From Callorhinchus milii (lineage: Eukaryota), in the NCBI RefSeq assembly GCF_018977255.1, contig NW_024704742.1, positions 105,836,001 through 105,900,000 on the forward strand: DNA of 64,000 nt, given 5' to 3'. The notes beneath the pieces are model-generated. The model did no database searches. It had not been told where the DNA came from and was given only the letters and a program-made list of their open reading frames with translations. Shown in pieces: positions 1 through 13,828 of the stretch. The position numbers and the translations under genes were made by a program. The number at the start of each line of letters is the position of its first letter. Position 1 is the stretch's first letter.

Positions 1-534
1 AACCAAAACCTCTAAGAGCAATGACTCTAAGTGGGGTTCCCTGGGGCTTGGGGTGAGAGGGCATTAACCTGGTAAACATTGGCAACTCCACAGTAATCCA
101 AGCCAGACTTGGGGGTGTGGCTGTATCTTCAACCGAGCAACCCAAAGCCCTAATGAGAAGGATGGTCCTTAGCTGGACAAGTACCATGCTGCATAGTTAC
201 CCACTTTACAGTAACCAAAAACAACTGTTTTGAATGCTTTGCAGCAGCACGTTTCATTGGGCAATTATTTGAATTGTGTAAAATGAAACTGGTGTTATAT
301 TATGAAACAGAACGCTGACATTTTCCAGGGATTTGTGTCAAACTGTTCACACACAGTGAACACAAATGCATTCTTTGTTCTTCATTATTGACATTTTTCA
401 TGTAACGAGTAGGATGGATGGGGGAGGGGAAAGAGGGATTGGTTATGGGCGGGAAAGTAGGTTAACCCATGGGAGAAAGAACAGGAAAGCAACTTCATTA
501 CTGTATTGATAGCTATGTACGGTACTTCCATTTA

Positions 535-636
535 TCTGTGTGTGTTTGCGTGTCTGTGTGCCTGTGAGTGTCTGTTTATATATGTGTGTCTCTGTGTACA
601 TGTGTCTGCTTGTGTGTGTATGTATCTCTGTGTGTC
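535..636. repeat. Degenerate (TG)n microsatellite
   Basis: Interrupted tgtgtg runs visible directly. Confidence 0.8.
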
Positions 637-1224
637 TAAGGAAATATACTTGAAAACTGAAGAGCCGAGTGTGTGAGCCCAACACTTCCCCCAGCTTGAG
701 AAATGAACTGCTGGTTTGGCTTCTGGGACACTTGCCAGTGCTCTGGTAGCTGTTCGTGCCTCCTCCAGTCCTGCAAGAGAACACTGAGCAGATCACTGTC
801 CCAACGAATGATAGATCTGAATCGTGGTCACGCTGCTAAATGGACTTCCTCTCCTCTCTAGAACCAGCTGTGTATGTCCACACGCTGAGATATCAGACCC
901 AATTTGTGGTTTGAATCTGAGTACAGAGCAGCTCTTTCTGTGGTGGCCTCTGGTTTCATTATAGAAAGTCAGTGCTTTAGCTTAATGGAAGACTAGCTTA
1001 CGACAGTGAATAGAAAAAGGAGAAACACCAGGTGCTCGCACTGGATAAGCATTAACAATTATAGCTCAGTAGTGGCTGTGGACTGTCTGTTTCACACTCG
1101 GGTAAAGTTAATAGAATAATTGGGTCCATTGAGGCCATTCACTGAAGCAGATTTATTGGAATTTAAGGATTTTTTTGCACACTGACCCAGTAAGAATGCA
1201 GACAACACAGGCTTCCCTGATAGC

Positions 1225-1590
1225 CTAGAGGGCAAAAGCGTTATAGCGTTAAGTCACAGAAACCAAATAGTCACAGGTTCAGTTCCCACTCTGAGCTGAG
1301 CAGCAGTCAGGGCACTGAAATTGGCCTCTGAACTCCTACGCCAGGGAGGGCAAACATCAGCCACGTTTCCTGCTCTGAATTATTGTTATTACCAGTGACC
1401 CACTGATGAAAAATGTGTGTATGTGTCAGTCAAGAGAGGGATCAGGTTGAGCTCTGCTGCATTGGACAGAGGAATAGGCTGCCAACACTCACTGCCACAG
1501 CTCACACCTGGGCAAGTGCTGGAGGCCAGACAGCACCCATGGACTTGCTCTTCAGCAAGTCAGTGCCTTCAGCGTGGAGAAAGAGAAAGT
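1225..1590 (+). mobile_element. Ancient tRNA-derived SINE (AmnSINE2-like); related copies near 47455-47600 (+), 48970-49240 (-), 49740-49860 (+), 58900-59130 (+)
   Basis: B-box-like caggttcagttccc followed by gctgag..cagggc..aattggcctc..gggaggg..atcagcca..cctgctc, shared between the listed copies. Family name is from memory. Confidence 0.55.
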
Positions 1591-1629
1591 GGTGTGAAAT
1601 TCAGGTTTTAAAACGTGCTATTAGGGTGT

Positions 1630-1910
1630 CAGCCTGGTGGCACTCTCTGAGTCAGAAAGTTGTGGGTTCAAGCCCCACATCAGGACTTTGAACTCACATT
1701 GTCTAAGCTGACACTCCAGTGCAATGCTGAGGGGGGCATGACATTGTTAGAGGTGCCATCCTTCAGATAATATGTTAAAAAAGGTTCTGTCCGCCTGCTC
1801 AATTGAATGTTAAAAGAGAAAGGCGTTTCTTCCGATGTCCTGGCTTACAATCCCTCAGATAAAATTGATCATTTGTGACTGTTTGTTGGAAAGTGCTGCA
1901 TACAAACTGA
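1630..1910 (+). mobile_element. tRNA-headed Deu-domain-type SINE
   Basis: gtgggttcaagcccc B box, then acactccagtgca..gaggtgccatccttcagat..gttaaa core, seen again at 36990, 40332, 42530, 46140. Confidence 0.7.
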
Positions 1911-4696
1911 TTGTGGGACATTCCTGTGTACACATATTTAAGCACTTGTGCTCTGCTTTGAGTCGTGAAGTTAAAGCCTTTGGACTCCGTTTAAAAAAAA
2001 AAATTCTGAGCTGAATGCTCCCCGTGACTTTATAGATTAGCCGTGGATTGTTCGAGTATCATTGCTTATTAAAATCATTCATTTTGATGCAGTTATTATT
2101 ATTTTAAGATTGATCAATCCCACAGCTATATGTAAGCGGGATTTGCAATAGGTAAGCATCGTATTTGTAGCTTATTGCATGTGTGAGAAAGACATTCAGC
2201 GCCCACCACTAGTTGTTGAGAGCTTTCTCAATCACTTTTGCCTATTGTGCATCTTTAGAACTACAGTTCCTGAGGCCCACTATGCATTCTTTCCATTTGG
2301 AGCAGATTTTGTATATTTAAGTGGACAAATCTCTAATCATTCAGTGTGTGTCCCCTGGCTTACAAGTAAAAGGAGAATTTCATGGTTGAAACCCAAAAAT
2401 CATTAGTAAAAACTGCTGATCCTATTAACTAACATCCATAGTCAATATGTTTTGTGCATCTTTTGTGCATGAGAGGGTGATGTTGAGCACATTTGTAAGG
2501 CCATTGAAAGTACATTTCAATACAACTCCATAACATGGTTTATTATACAGTGATTCAATTAATTTTTTTATGCTGCTGGGGGTGCACAAGTAACTTTCGC
2601 GTGGGTGATCTTCCATTTTCAGGTACAGTATTATTGCAGAAGTCTAAGTGGAGTATTAAAAATACCAGTGTGGGCATGAGAAGTGTATATAAAGAAACAT
2701 AGTAAATAATGGAAAGTGTCATTAGCTGAGGGAGAGGCACATTGATATCTCCAGCAGGGGATACAAGAGGGAAATTAATTTAATTACATTCAGAATAGGT
2801 TTAGTCAATTCAGATTTTCATCTTGGCCATTAGCCATCATTTTCCTGAATGTCTAAAGTTGCTGAGGGACTTATTTTTCCAGGTTACTATGCACATCTTT
2901 TAAGTATCAAGGGCTCTCGGTCTGCTTCCTCGGGATCGTGTAGATGTTTGAATGTTTGGGGTCAATTCAGATGAGTCGTTCTGGATAGCAGGTACATGGA
3001 AAAGTGTACACCACGTTTCAGGAGTGACATTGGAGTATTCTGCTGTGTACCACAAAGAGCCATCATTATCTGCTAACACAGGCGTCTGTGCCAGTATTGT
3101 AAGCCAAATTTCATGGCTGGCTTTCATGCAGATGTGCCCAGTCAAGCAGGGGCTGCAATATTTAATGGTGTCCATTGCTTTAATGATAACAAATGCCAGA
3201 TATTTAGATGTGGGAATTAAGAGATAGCATTAGTCAGTGGCTTGATGTTTCCAGTGAACGTTTAGTTAAGCAAAAAGGCTTAATCTGCAAATCTCCTGCA
3301 AATAAGGGCTCTACCTGCGATCACTTTGCTTGATTTTAGACATGGTCCAGAATCCAGCACTCCCAAGTTAATACATAGTTGTGTTAATATTCATATCTCA
3401 TGGGTACCTCCGAAAGGTTTGGTTTTGAAAACGATTGCATAACAGATCATAGGGAGGGGGCGGGGGAGGAGAACAGTCATTGTGATAACATTGAATTCTT
3501 GCAGTACACTCCATTTTATAGATGCTGGTAGGTTTGTAATATAATCATAAGAATAATCCTTGTATTTGATAAAGCATCTTATTAAGTCATCAAAGTACTT
3601 CACAGGATTTTACTGTAAAGAGTAGTGACTGAGTATTTTGTAGGCAAATGTGGCAGTGAATTTACACACAGCAATGTCTCACAAACACCCATGAAGTGAG
3701 TTTAGGCGAAATGAACCAGATTATATGGGGCTATGAGATGGGTTGAGTTTTAAAGTAGTGAATACCCTTTAAAAAATAGTCCTGTTTATTTTAGCTATTA
3801 GTAGCTAAACTGCTCCTTTCAGTTCTCGTAAAATACTTGCCATAGTTTTAGAATGTTTTCATGGAAACAGTAAGTGCCGATGATATCATGATCAGAAGTG
3901 GCTTGGAGCAGGTACTGAAGCCAACTGGTAACTGGCCTCAGTAAATGGTCTGGGTAACTGCTCGCACCCTATTCCTCCAAATATGTCACTCGATATTTTC
4001 AACAAAACATGACAAAATGTCGGCAAACAGTCAGAGAGAATTAGACAAAAGGATAGTGAAATTAGTTGCAATACTAGGCCATTTTTTTTTGAAAAAAGGG
4101 TCTTGATGTTCATACTCCCTCTTTAATAATTTCATAAACTGATGTGAAGAGAGCACAGAGTGTAAAAAGATTCATAGCTTGGAAGCTCCCCTGATCTTGA
4201 TCATGATGCAAATGATATTAAATACCTAGCAGTTGTAAAAGGGATATTTTTCCTTATTGAAAGCTGTTGACAGAGGTTTGGATGAAAAAGCCCCTTTTGG
4301 ATGAAAAAGACCCTTTTGTTCACATTTAATTATCCTTACATTTGATATATTTATCCAGAATTCCCTAACGTCTTCTCATTGCAGAATTAAGCTATTTCTT
4401 AAATGAGCCTAGTGTCCTAACCTCAATCACCCTTCTTCTTAACCTGTTCCAGCTTTCGATTGTGCTTTGTATAAAGAAATACTAACTGATATTTGTCTTA
4501 AAATTGCCTTTCACAACCCTGAACCTATAATTTCTTGTCCTTTTCCCTTGGCTTATATGAAAGTATTGATCTGGGTTTACTTTCCTTATTCCATTTAATA
4601 TCTCAAAAAAGGCTACTCACTGAAATGTCTGAGTTTGCAGAGCCCTAGCTTAACTCATTGTTCCTCATATTCCAAAGGTTGGGGAGAAAGAGGTAG

Positions 4697-5242
<546 letters not shown>

Positions 5243-8200
5243 TAATGAGGGTCATCATACTCCAAAAGCTAAAAATAGCAATTTTTTATCACTTATATAT
5301 AATGGGATTCTTGCTATATTTAGCTTTTACAGTATGATAGTCTGAAACTACATTGTACCGTGTTTCCTTTTTACACTATGCCAATGTTGATGTTTTGAAT
5401 GATGAATATTATTTTAACTGGGATACTCTCAAAGCACTTGAGACTGAGTTGATTAATTACTTTGCAAAGGAGCTGTCTAATTCTGTGGTCGGTAATAAGC
5501 CTGGCCTAGCTAGACAACCAGAGGGAAGCTGGACAGACAGTGCTTTTAATGACAAGCTATGTGGTATTAGCTGGTTAAACTCTTATCAGTACCTCAGTGC
5601 ACACTTTAGGGTCCCCAAGCCTTAGCTCTTACCAACTTGCACCAAATACTCTCTGGAATTGAGTAAGCAAGATGCATCCCTCCAGGAAGAGAGTGAGTTT
5701 GCCATTCCAGACTTGTGTAGGTGTCATGCATATGTGGAACACCTGGTCTGGTTTGGATATTTGTTTGTATCTGGCTAACTTTTGGTTGGAAATAGGACGA
5801 GAAGTTACAGGAATATATGCAACTGGTGTTTAGAATGTGGTACTTTCTCTGCTGCTGAAGCCATGTGGTGGGATTGAGGTTCTTGTTATCTGAGGAGTAT
5901 GACATGCCAGGATTGAATGATAGGCACGCAGGAATGAATAAATAAAAATAATAAAAAAATTTACATCGGGGAGTATCAGTAGAAGGTTCTCTCTAGAGAT
6001 TAATTAGATGGGGTGGATAGACTTTGTAAAAGAAATGACCAGACATAATAACCTAAATGTTGCTGAACTGCAGTTTTAAAGGGCACCACTTTCCATGATA
6101 GAGGTTTTCAGCAAAATGTCATTTTCACAAACATGCAATGTGTCAATGTTTACTGTGTTAAGATGCATCATCTAGCCCTTTGTGCCTGACATGAATGACA
6201 TATCTTTTCTGCCTCTCATCCCTCCCACACAAAGGTTGTTAAAACTCTTTCTCAATGGCACTGCCTCTTTAAGAATACAATATTTACATTTATACAAAGC
6301 CTTCTACATTGGGCGAACATCTCGTACTGCTGGCTCGGCAACCTAGATGGGGGTGGGCAGCCCAGTGAGAGGGGAAAGATGACCAAAAGCGTGGACAAAA
6401 ATGGTTGTATTGAGCCTTACTTAACAACCCAAATGTACCTGTAGCTCACTGACATCTTTGCATGCACGGCAAAAGTGTGGTATTAGACAACAGTATGTGT
6501 AGACAATGTATTTGAACATTTGCTTACATTTGCAGTTGCAATGTTTTTTAGGCTGCTCTGCCAGTGAAGAGCAATAAGAAATACAACAAATTCATCTTCA
6601 GAAAATGTTCACTCCACATATGGACTTTTAAAGCATTCTTCTTAAAGGCACAGAAGCTGGGATCATACAACAAGAGGACTTAACCCCTAACCATCAGGCA
6701 TGGCTGGAAATATTGGGAAGTAACCTTGCTGTGCTTTCTGCTTGAAAGTACAAGAATCTACTTCAGAAGCAGTTTAGTTTAGATATTAAGGTTATGCAGC
6801 TGACAACGGAGAATTCAATTCCAGCTCAGAACAATTTCTCTTAAAAGAAATTTAACGCAACAACACATAACTCAACTTATTTTCTTTTAAAGCAAACCTC
6901 TAAACAGTGCTTGACAGTATCCGGATCCCATCCTGCTTGTTCCCCAACCCTGCACCTGCTGTAGGAATGAAAATTTCAGTGCACAAGTGGAGAGAGAGGA
7001 GCTGGTGATGCTCCTTGGGGGCCAAGCACATCTTATTCTCCACCGGGCAGTATATGTAACAACGCTGGAGATGTGGTCTTAGAGTAGGAAAATCTCATTA
7101 TATGCTCACATTGCCCAACTTGGTAAATTTACTGCCCAGCGAGGAATGACACTGACCTGTGAAGTTATATATCTCAGGATCATATTCCTTGAATAAATGC
7201 CCCCCGAGGATGCCACGAAATTGGATGCTGCAACCAAGGTTGCCTTCTGGATCATGCTGGATAGCTAACTACAGAGACCACCTCTGAACTGGGTACCACA
7301 AAGTGCCATGGGTCTGAAACCATTCTGCTACAGTTCTCTGTGCTGCTATGGAATCGATCACTGTGGACGATTAGTCATTGACAGTCACAGAATCTGAGAG
7401 CAATAAATACACATTCACAAAAGGCTGGCCTCTGTCTGGAGTCAGACAAGCTGGCTGCTTTGTGTGGTTGGATTTACACACGCGTCTCTGGCACTGCAGC
7501 CGGCTAGATACACTGCTGGTGACCTAAAGCTTCTCTGTTGCCTGTGTGCTGAGGGACCTGGGCTGCAGTATTTGGTTTTATGTTTCTCTTGGGAAAACTA
7601 CGAGTGTCTGGATGTCTGAAATATCTCAATGAGTGATCAGACTGGAAACCATATGGAAGGGGGATGGGGTGAGATAGCAACTACTAAATATTGCAGCAGT
7701 GTAGTGAAAATTTTTATCTAAAGTAATATTCAGCAACATTGCCACTTTTTTTTACATCAGTGGAATAAATGACATCAGATTGTCTTTCTTGTTTCAGAAA
7801 CCGAATGAAGTGGGATTTTTTTTTAAACGGGCTAATCTGATAAATTCCCCCAAAATTCCAAGAACAAAAAAAAGTGGAGGAAATAAAATATACTCAATGA
7901 CCAAAGCAAACTTGTAATAAAATTAAATGTGTGTTTGGTGATATTAGTACAGGTTTAAATTGAAGAAGGAAAGATTATGATTGCATTTAATCTTTCCAAG
8001 AAATAAAGGTAGGAATTGTATTTTATTTTCAAACTATGCTGTAACTATGTGCCTTAGGGAAATTAAACTATGTCTTAGAAGTGTGGGGCGGTGTGAAGTG
8101 AAATGGATGCTTCAAGCTTAATTCTCCGAGGTGCTGGTTAGATCTGCTAAATCTCACCTCAACAAAAACTCAGAAGTGCAGAGAGTAAAACTCCCGTAAC

Positions 8201-10069
8201 ACCTTTTGTTTCTGGTTTTCCCCAGGCTATGTGCAGCAAAACTGCCTGTAAAACACAGCAGCTGAGTGCTGAAGGTTAAGCAGAGACTATGCTGAAGTGG
8301 AACCTTTGAGAATGCAGACGTTTCGGGGACTAAATAGTCTTCATCTGCTGGGGAAACAAAACAAAATTATTTACTAGTTAATGTCTCTTTAAGGTGATGC
8401 GATCAGCATAAACATTGGCGTTGCTTTGACAGTGCTTCTGTTGCAGCGCTACACTTGAAGGCTTCCCTTTTGATAACTAGTTCATAAAGCCCACTCGAGA
8501 TTTCTTTCAAAGAAATCAAAGTGTTGTAGCAGTTCAGTGGAAGCATGGTGATGGCAGACTTGGACACAGAAGCAAGGTGACCCTAACGCTGTATCTTACA
8601 CTCTAATTAGAGCTTTAAATCCATCTCCCTGAGCTACCAAAAAGGATTTTTTTTAATATAACAATTCCCAATATTTCTGTTCTTTCCTTAATGAATGCAT
8701 GTGTTGGCTGCCAGGTGGCAATGCTGAAGACATTTTCAGCTGCCACAGTAAACAAAACAGTTATTACAGTCCTTAGATAAAGATTAACGGTTCCAGCAAT
8801 TCATTTCAGAAAAATCCAATTTTACTTGGTGTTCCAGTTCAGTGCGAGACATCACAATAAAGATGATTTGTGGAACCACTGATAAAATTAGATGGTGAAG
8901 ACAGAAGCCAGTATAATTCATTTGAACAACAGAAACTGGTTAATCAACAAAGCGAGTGTGGGATAAAGTCAAATTGAGGCAATATTTCTTAATATTGCAG
9001 CACAATTTTGAGCTCTGAAAGCCAGGTTACTCAGTCAAGTAGCGTAGTGATGATACACGTTACTACTTCCAGCAATCAAAGTGTAAGAGGTGAGGGCTTT
9101 GAATGACTGGTAGCATACAACAACCACTGGAACCACTGCACATCTGTAACAAATTCTTTGGAGTACTGTGTAAGGCGTTAATAAATACCAGGGTTGTTTT
9201 GTTGTAAAAGTGACCTGTTCCATAAAAATAAAGCATGTAGGTTATGTATTAATACTTTTGAGCTTAAAATCTGCAGAAGGTGACTTTCCCTGGAGGGCTA
9301 TTTTTAATTTTTAAAAAAATAACAAACCATAATCACAAATAACAGTTATAAACATCCCGATGCGTTTGGTTTTACATTGCCGTCAGGTTAATCAGTTACT
9401 TCAGTTTCATTTTAGCTCTTCACAGCATTTGGAAGCCATGGTATCTTACAAACCTGGTATCCATGTTTTAATGATGTATTTGTTCTTTTACCTAGTTGAG
9501 CTGCCATGATATTCAGGCAAATTTGCTTCGACTGACAGTTCTCACAAGCATAAATGCCTTCAGTATTTTACCACCCGAGCCTACACTATAAAACTTGCAT
9601 AATGAATAACTAGTGGATATTTTGTTTTTTATATCCCCTTGCACAGCTGTGTCCTCCTTCGCCTCCTGAGAAATGGAGCACACTGGCCATTTGTTGGTTA
9701 GTTCACATTTCACACTGTGGGGAATTGAGAAGATGGAATATTTAGCAATGGGGTCCATTTGCAGTAGCTACTGCATGCCTGGGTTCTTCCTGGTCATTTA
9801 ACATCTGCTTAATGAGGTGTTCCAAGGCCATTTTACTTGCTTTTTTGTGCAGTGATCATGACTTCAGTCATTATTCCCTCTAGTATATAGACATTGATTT
9901 ATACACATTTTACTTTCGCTTAATTACTGAATAAATTCTGCGAAGAAAGCTTTTTTTATTTAAAATAAGTAAAATTAATCATTTTATATATTTTTTAAAA
10001 AAATCTGAATTGGAAGTCATTTTATTTGAATATTATTTAAAAAGGAATTGTATTTTTAAAATAAAATTG

Positions 10070-10250
10070 TGGACTAGATTGGTGGTGCAATGCATTGGAC
10101 ACTAGCTGCTATCGTGTAGTTTCTGTGTTTGAACGCAGTTTCCTTTCTGTGTTGCAGTAAGGCTCTGTGTGAAATGAGTTGGGATAGTCACATCGTAGTT
10201 TCTATTAGACATGAGCTTGCAGCACAAAACTGACCTGTATTTGGTACTGG
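10070..10250 (+). mobile_element. LF-SINE-like fragment
   Basis: tgtgaaatgagttggg..agtttctattagaca..gcagcacaaaactgacc..ttggtact resembles the recalled LF-SINE body; heavily decayed. Confidence 0.45.
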
Positions 10251-10297
10251 GAGTAGAGGGATTTTTAACTATGCTGTAGTTGATTTGGGAATGCTTG

Positions 10298-10950
10298 ATA
10301 GGAACAGGAGTAAGCCTATTGACACATCAAGCCTGCTTTGCTATTTCCTTATATAATAGCTTATCAGTAACTCAGAACTATTTATCTACCTTTTCTCCAT
10401 AACCTCTGATACGCTTTCTACACAAGTGTTTATCTACTTACCTCTAAAACATTCCCACCAACTCAGTAATAGCGCTTTGAAGAGGTGAATACATACTACA
10501 GTATCACAATTCTCTGAGCAAAGAAATGTCCTGTGGTTTCACTACTAAGAGGTCTTGCTCTTTTTTTAGATGATACCCTCTGGTTCTAGATTCTGCAACC
10601 ATAGGAAAGAGGCTCTCCTTATTCTCTGTCAATTCCCTTCACTATTTTAAACACCTCAAGCAGATCATCCCTCAACTTCCTCTGTTCAAGGGGAGGACAG
10701 CCCCAATTTCCCCGTTCTATCCCCGTGACAAAGCCTCTTTAATTCAGGTATAATTCTGGAAAATTTGCGCTGCACATTCTCCAATACCATTCCGTCTTTT
10801 CTAAGGTCTGATGCCCACAACTGCAGAGCGTACTTCAAGTGAGGTCTGAACAGGGTATTATACAATTGTAACATCACATCCTATGTTTTATATTCCGGCT
10901 CTCTTGTAATAAAGGCTAAGATTCCTTTGGCCTTTTTTACCTCGTTTTGT
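10298..10950 (-). mobile_element. CR1 LINE 3' fragment
   Basis: Minus ORF LQLYNTLFRPHLKYALQLWASDLRKD..LENVQRKFSRIIP..LGLSS is the CR1 ORF2 C-terminal motif; CR1 3'UTR (ggaacaggagta.gcc) at the left end. Confidence 0.88.
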
Positions 10951-12234
10951 AACTAGTGTGGTGCTGGATATTCAAAAATAGGAATGTGTTTGCCTATAAA
11001 ATACATAGTCACTGCACTTTACAGTAAATCCTGTGAAGCGCTTTGAAATGCTTCCCAATGTGAAAGGCGCTAGATCAAATGCAAGGATTTTTGTTATTTA
11101 TATTCCCAGAATCCATTTTCCTGCGCTAACATTCCTCACCTTGATAAATGCAAAATTCAACACCAAATATTGTATTCAGCTTGATCAATATGAGCAAGGA
11201 CTTTGTTAACAAATCAAGTAGGATTACAGGTTGAATTGAACTCATCCATAGATTAAAAATCAAACTGCAAGCAGCATTTTTCATTATAAGCAATGAATTT
11301 GCAATGCACCATCATTCTCAACACAAAACACTCAAATTTGGACTATATTAGATATATTTATCAATACATGTGTTTGTAAAGAAAATACAGTGCTTTAAGA
11401 TGTTTTCATTTTGATGAGATGTTTGGTGTTCACTAACCATTTGTTGTGAGATTAGTTTAGCAGTAAACTCTGCTAAGATCTTTCATGGATAAATTAATAA
11501 TCCTAAATAAGTAAAACCAATGACTCCTCTATCAAAGATGTATTTGCACTTTGTGAAAAGTCTCTTGTTACCTCCCAGAAATGGATTGAACTGGGTTGCA
11601 AGTTTCTTTTTTACTGCAATAGAACAGCTTTACAGAGGGCCCATCTGTTCCATATTCATAAACTTCGCTCTCACTTACATGAGCTTAGTTCTCCCTAGAG
11701 TAACAAGGTAATGATATTTTCTGTGAGAGAATGGAAGGATCTGCACATGCTCTGTAGCCGGCAGTAACAAGGCAATAAGCTTCGACAGTGGATAGTAATT
11801 AAACACCTTCCACATCGTACTGATTTTTGTGACCTCTGAGAAACTTTATTAATGACTTAATAAAGGATCAACCTTCCTGGGAAGGTATTTAAGCTTTTTT
11901 TCCCCCACCCCCGTCAAATTGCTGCTATAAATTAATGAGCAAAATGTGTTTCCTCAAACTTTAGCACTTAATTATATTATACAGTATTCTATTAGTAATC
12001 CCGATAGCCGGTGTGAACACCCAAAGACAAATTAAGGCTGTGCAAAAGGGAGCAGAGCATATTACTTTTATCTTTTTGCTCCTTAAACAAAATAATAGTG
12101 TCTGATGGGATCAGGGTTAGGAGTTGATGCACAAGACAGTGTTTATATTCCATGCTTGGGTTACAGTAAGGTTGAAAAGGCACTTGTCGGAAAAGCAACA
12201 ACGGAAGTGGTGACTCAGCCCTAGAAAAAAAAAT

Positions 12235-12398
12235 CACTTGTGGATGTAAAGCGTGTTTCCTCCAGGGAATCCCGTGTACGTCATGCTGGCTTGTGAGACC
12301 TTGACTTTAAGTTGATCTTGGGACAGCCCTAAAACCTCAGTGGCGGGGTGACGTACATGGGGTTCCCTGGAGGAGATACGCTTTACATACCTGAGGTG
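12235..12398 (+). other. Long inverted repeat / RNA hairpin in efna5 intron 2
   Basis: Arms 12244-12283 and 12349-12388 pair over 40 consecutive positions (36 Watson-Crick, 4 G-U). Confidence 0.9.
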
Positions 12399-13828
12399 TT
12401 TTTATAGAATCAAAGCTCCACTGACACTACCGCTTTTCTGAGAAGTGTGTTTTCAACCCCAACATGTAAAACGCAATTAAAATGAATCTTAAGTAAAGCA
12501 AACGCTGCCCAACAACATGGATGGACTTCCAGCCGTTATGCCTGTTGGAGAGGAATTGGGACATTGGATTTTTCACTTTTATATATTTTTTATAAGTAAC
12601 CACCTGGTTCTGATCAATCATTAAAAATAAGGAGGCACGATATAGCTCCGGCTTGATTTGTGAAAAATATGTATATACTAGGGTTTCAAGCAGGCTTATT
12701 TGTGCTTATATTCTCCGTAATCTCTTTGCACACTTCTTGGTGACATACTGTTGATTCATACTACAACAGAGAAGGGATTTGAGAGGTTACAGTATTATGG
12801 TAATGGATAGCAGAAGGATGGTAAATGCTTTAGAGTTATTGGTGTGAAGAGTTGGTGTTATTGCTGTGTAATAATCATTCACTGTGACCCTCTTTCCCAA
12901 CTGCCACGATTGATATTATCCACATTGTTTATAGCTCTTGGATGAACAAAGAAACCCAGTTCAGTTTTTTTCTGAATACAGTATTTCCTATGGCTCAGGA
13001 ATAAGACTGAACTGTGAGAGGTTTTCCTCTCAAACATCAATCGAAAAAAAGTCTCATTTAGCCATTATATCAAATTCTATCAATCTATTGATAGTTGAGT
13101 GTTGTGTCTCAAAAATGACAGTGCTTTGTAGATTCATTGCTTGCATTATGAAAAATGCTGATTGCAATTCTATTCTTAATCTATGGATGAATGGAATTCA
13201 AGAATGAAATCTTATTTGCTTAGTTAATGTGGTTAATGTTTATCAAGCTGAATATTTAGTTAAGCAGGCGAATTGTGAAGTAATTTGTGGTACAGGAAGG
13301 ATGCAATTGACTCCCAACTGGTAAGAAACAACAGCATACCTCTTGGCACACACTCATGTCAGTGCATTGATTCTTATGAGTCTAAAATTGCAATATTTAA
13401 GATTAATTCTTCCTTTCAGGACTCAAATTTAATTTATTATTTTTTATGGGCAGCAAATTGTTGCTTGTGGCTGTAATTGTCGGAAGCAAATTTTCTTTCC
13501 AGTAGCAAAATCGATTACAATCAAAGCAAAATGGATGACCCGAATAGAAAAAAAGAGGCAAAATATTGGAATTCAGGCACAAGGGGTTTTGTGAGAGCAA
13601 TATTGAACAACAATTCTGAAAAAGATCACTGACTCTTTTCTTCGAGTTTGACCCTGATCTCAGGTTTGTCTGTGGAACTCCAATGCAGTAAGCTTCAAGA
13701 CTCCTGTTAAAGAGGCCACTGTCATTTAGTAAACTGTCTTTCTTGACATTTTACCCTGCATGCAAACAGAAGCATTTTCAGAGACTCAATCAACAATGCA
13801 ATGACATTGTATTACTAATCTGTTTTAT

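Noticed and set aside
9760..9775. Perfect 16-bp palindrome TGCAGTAGCTACTGCA
   Set aside because: About one such palindrome is expected by chance in 64 kb (64000/4^8).
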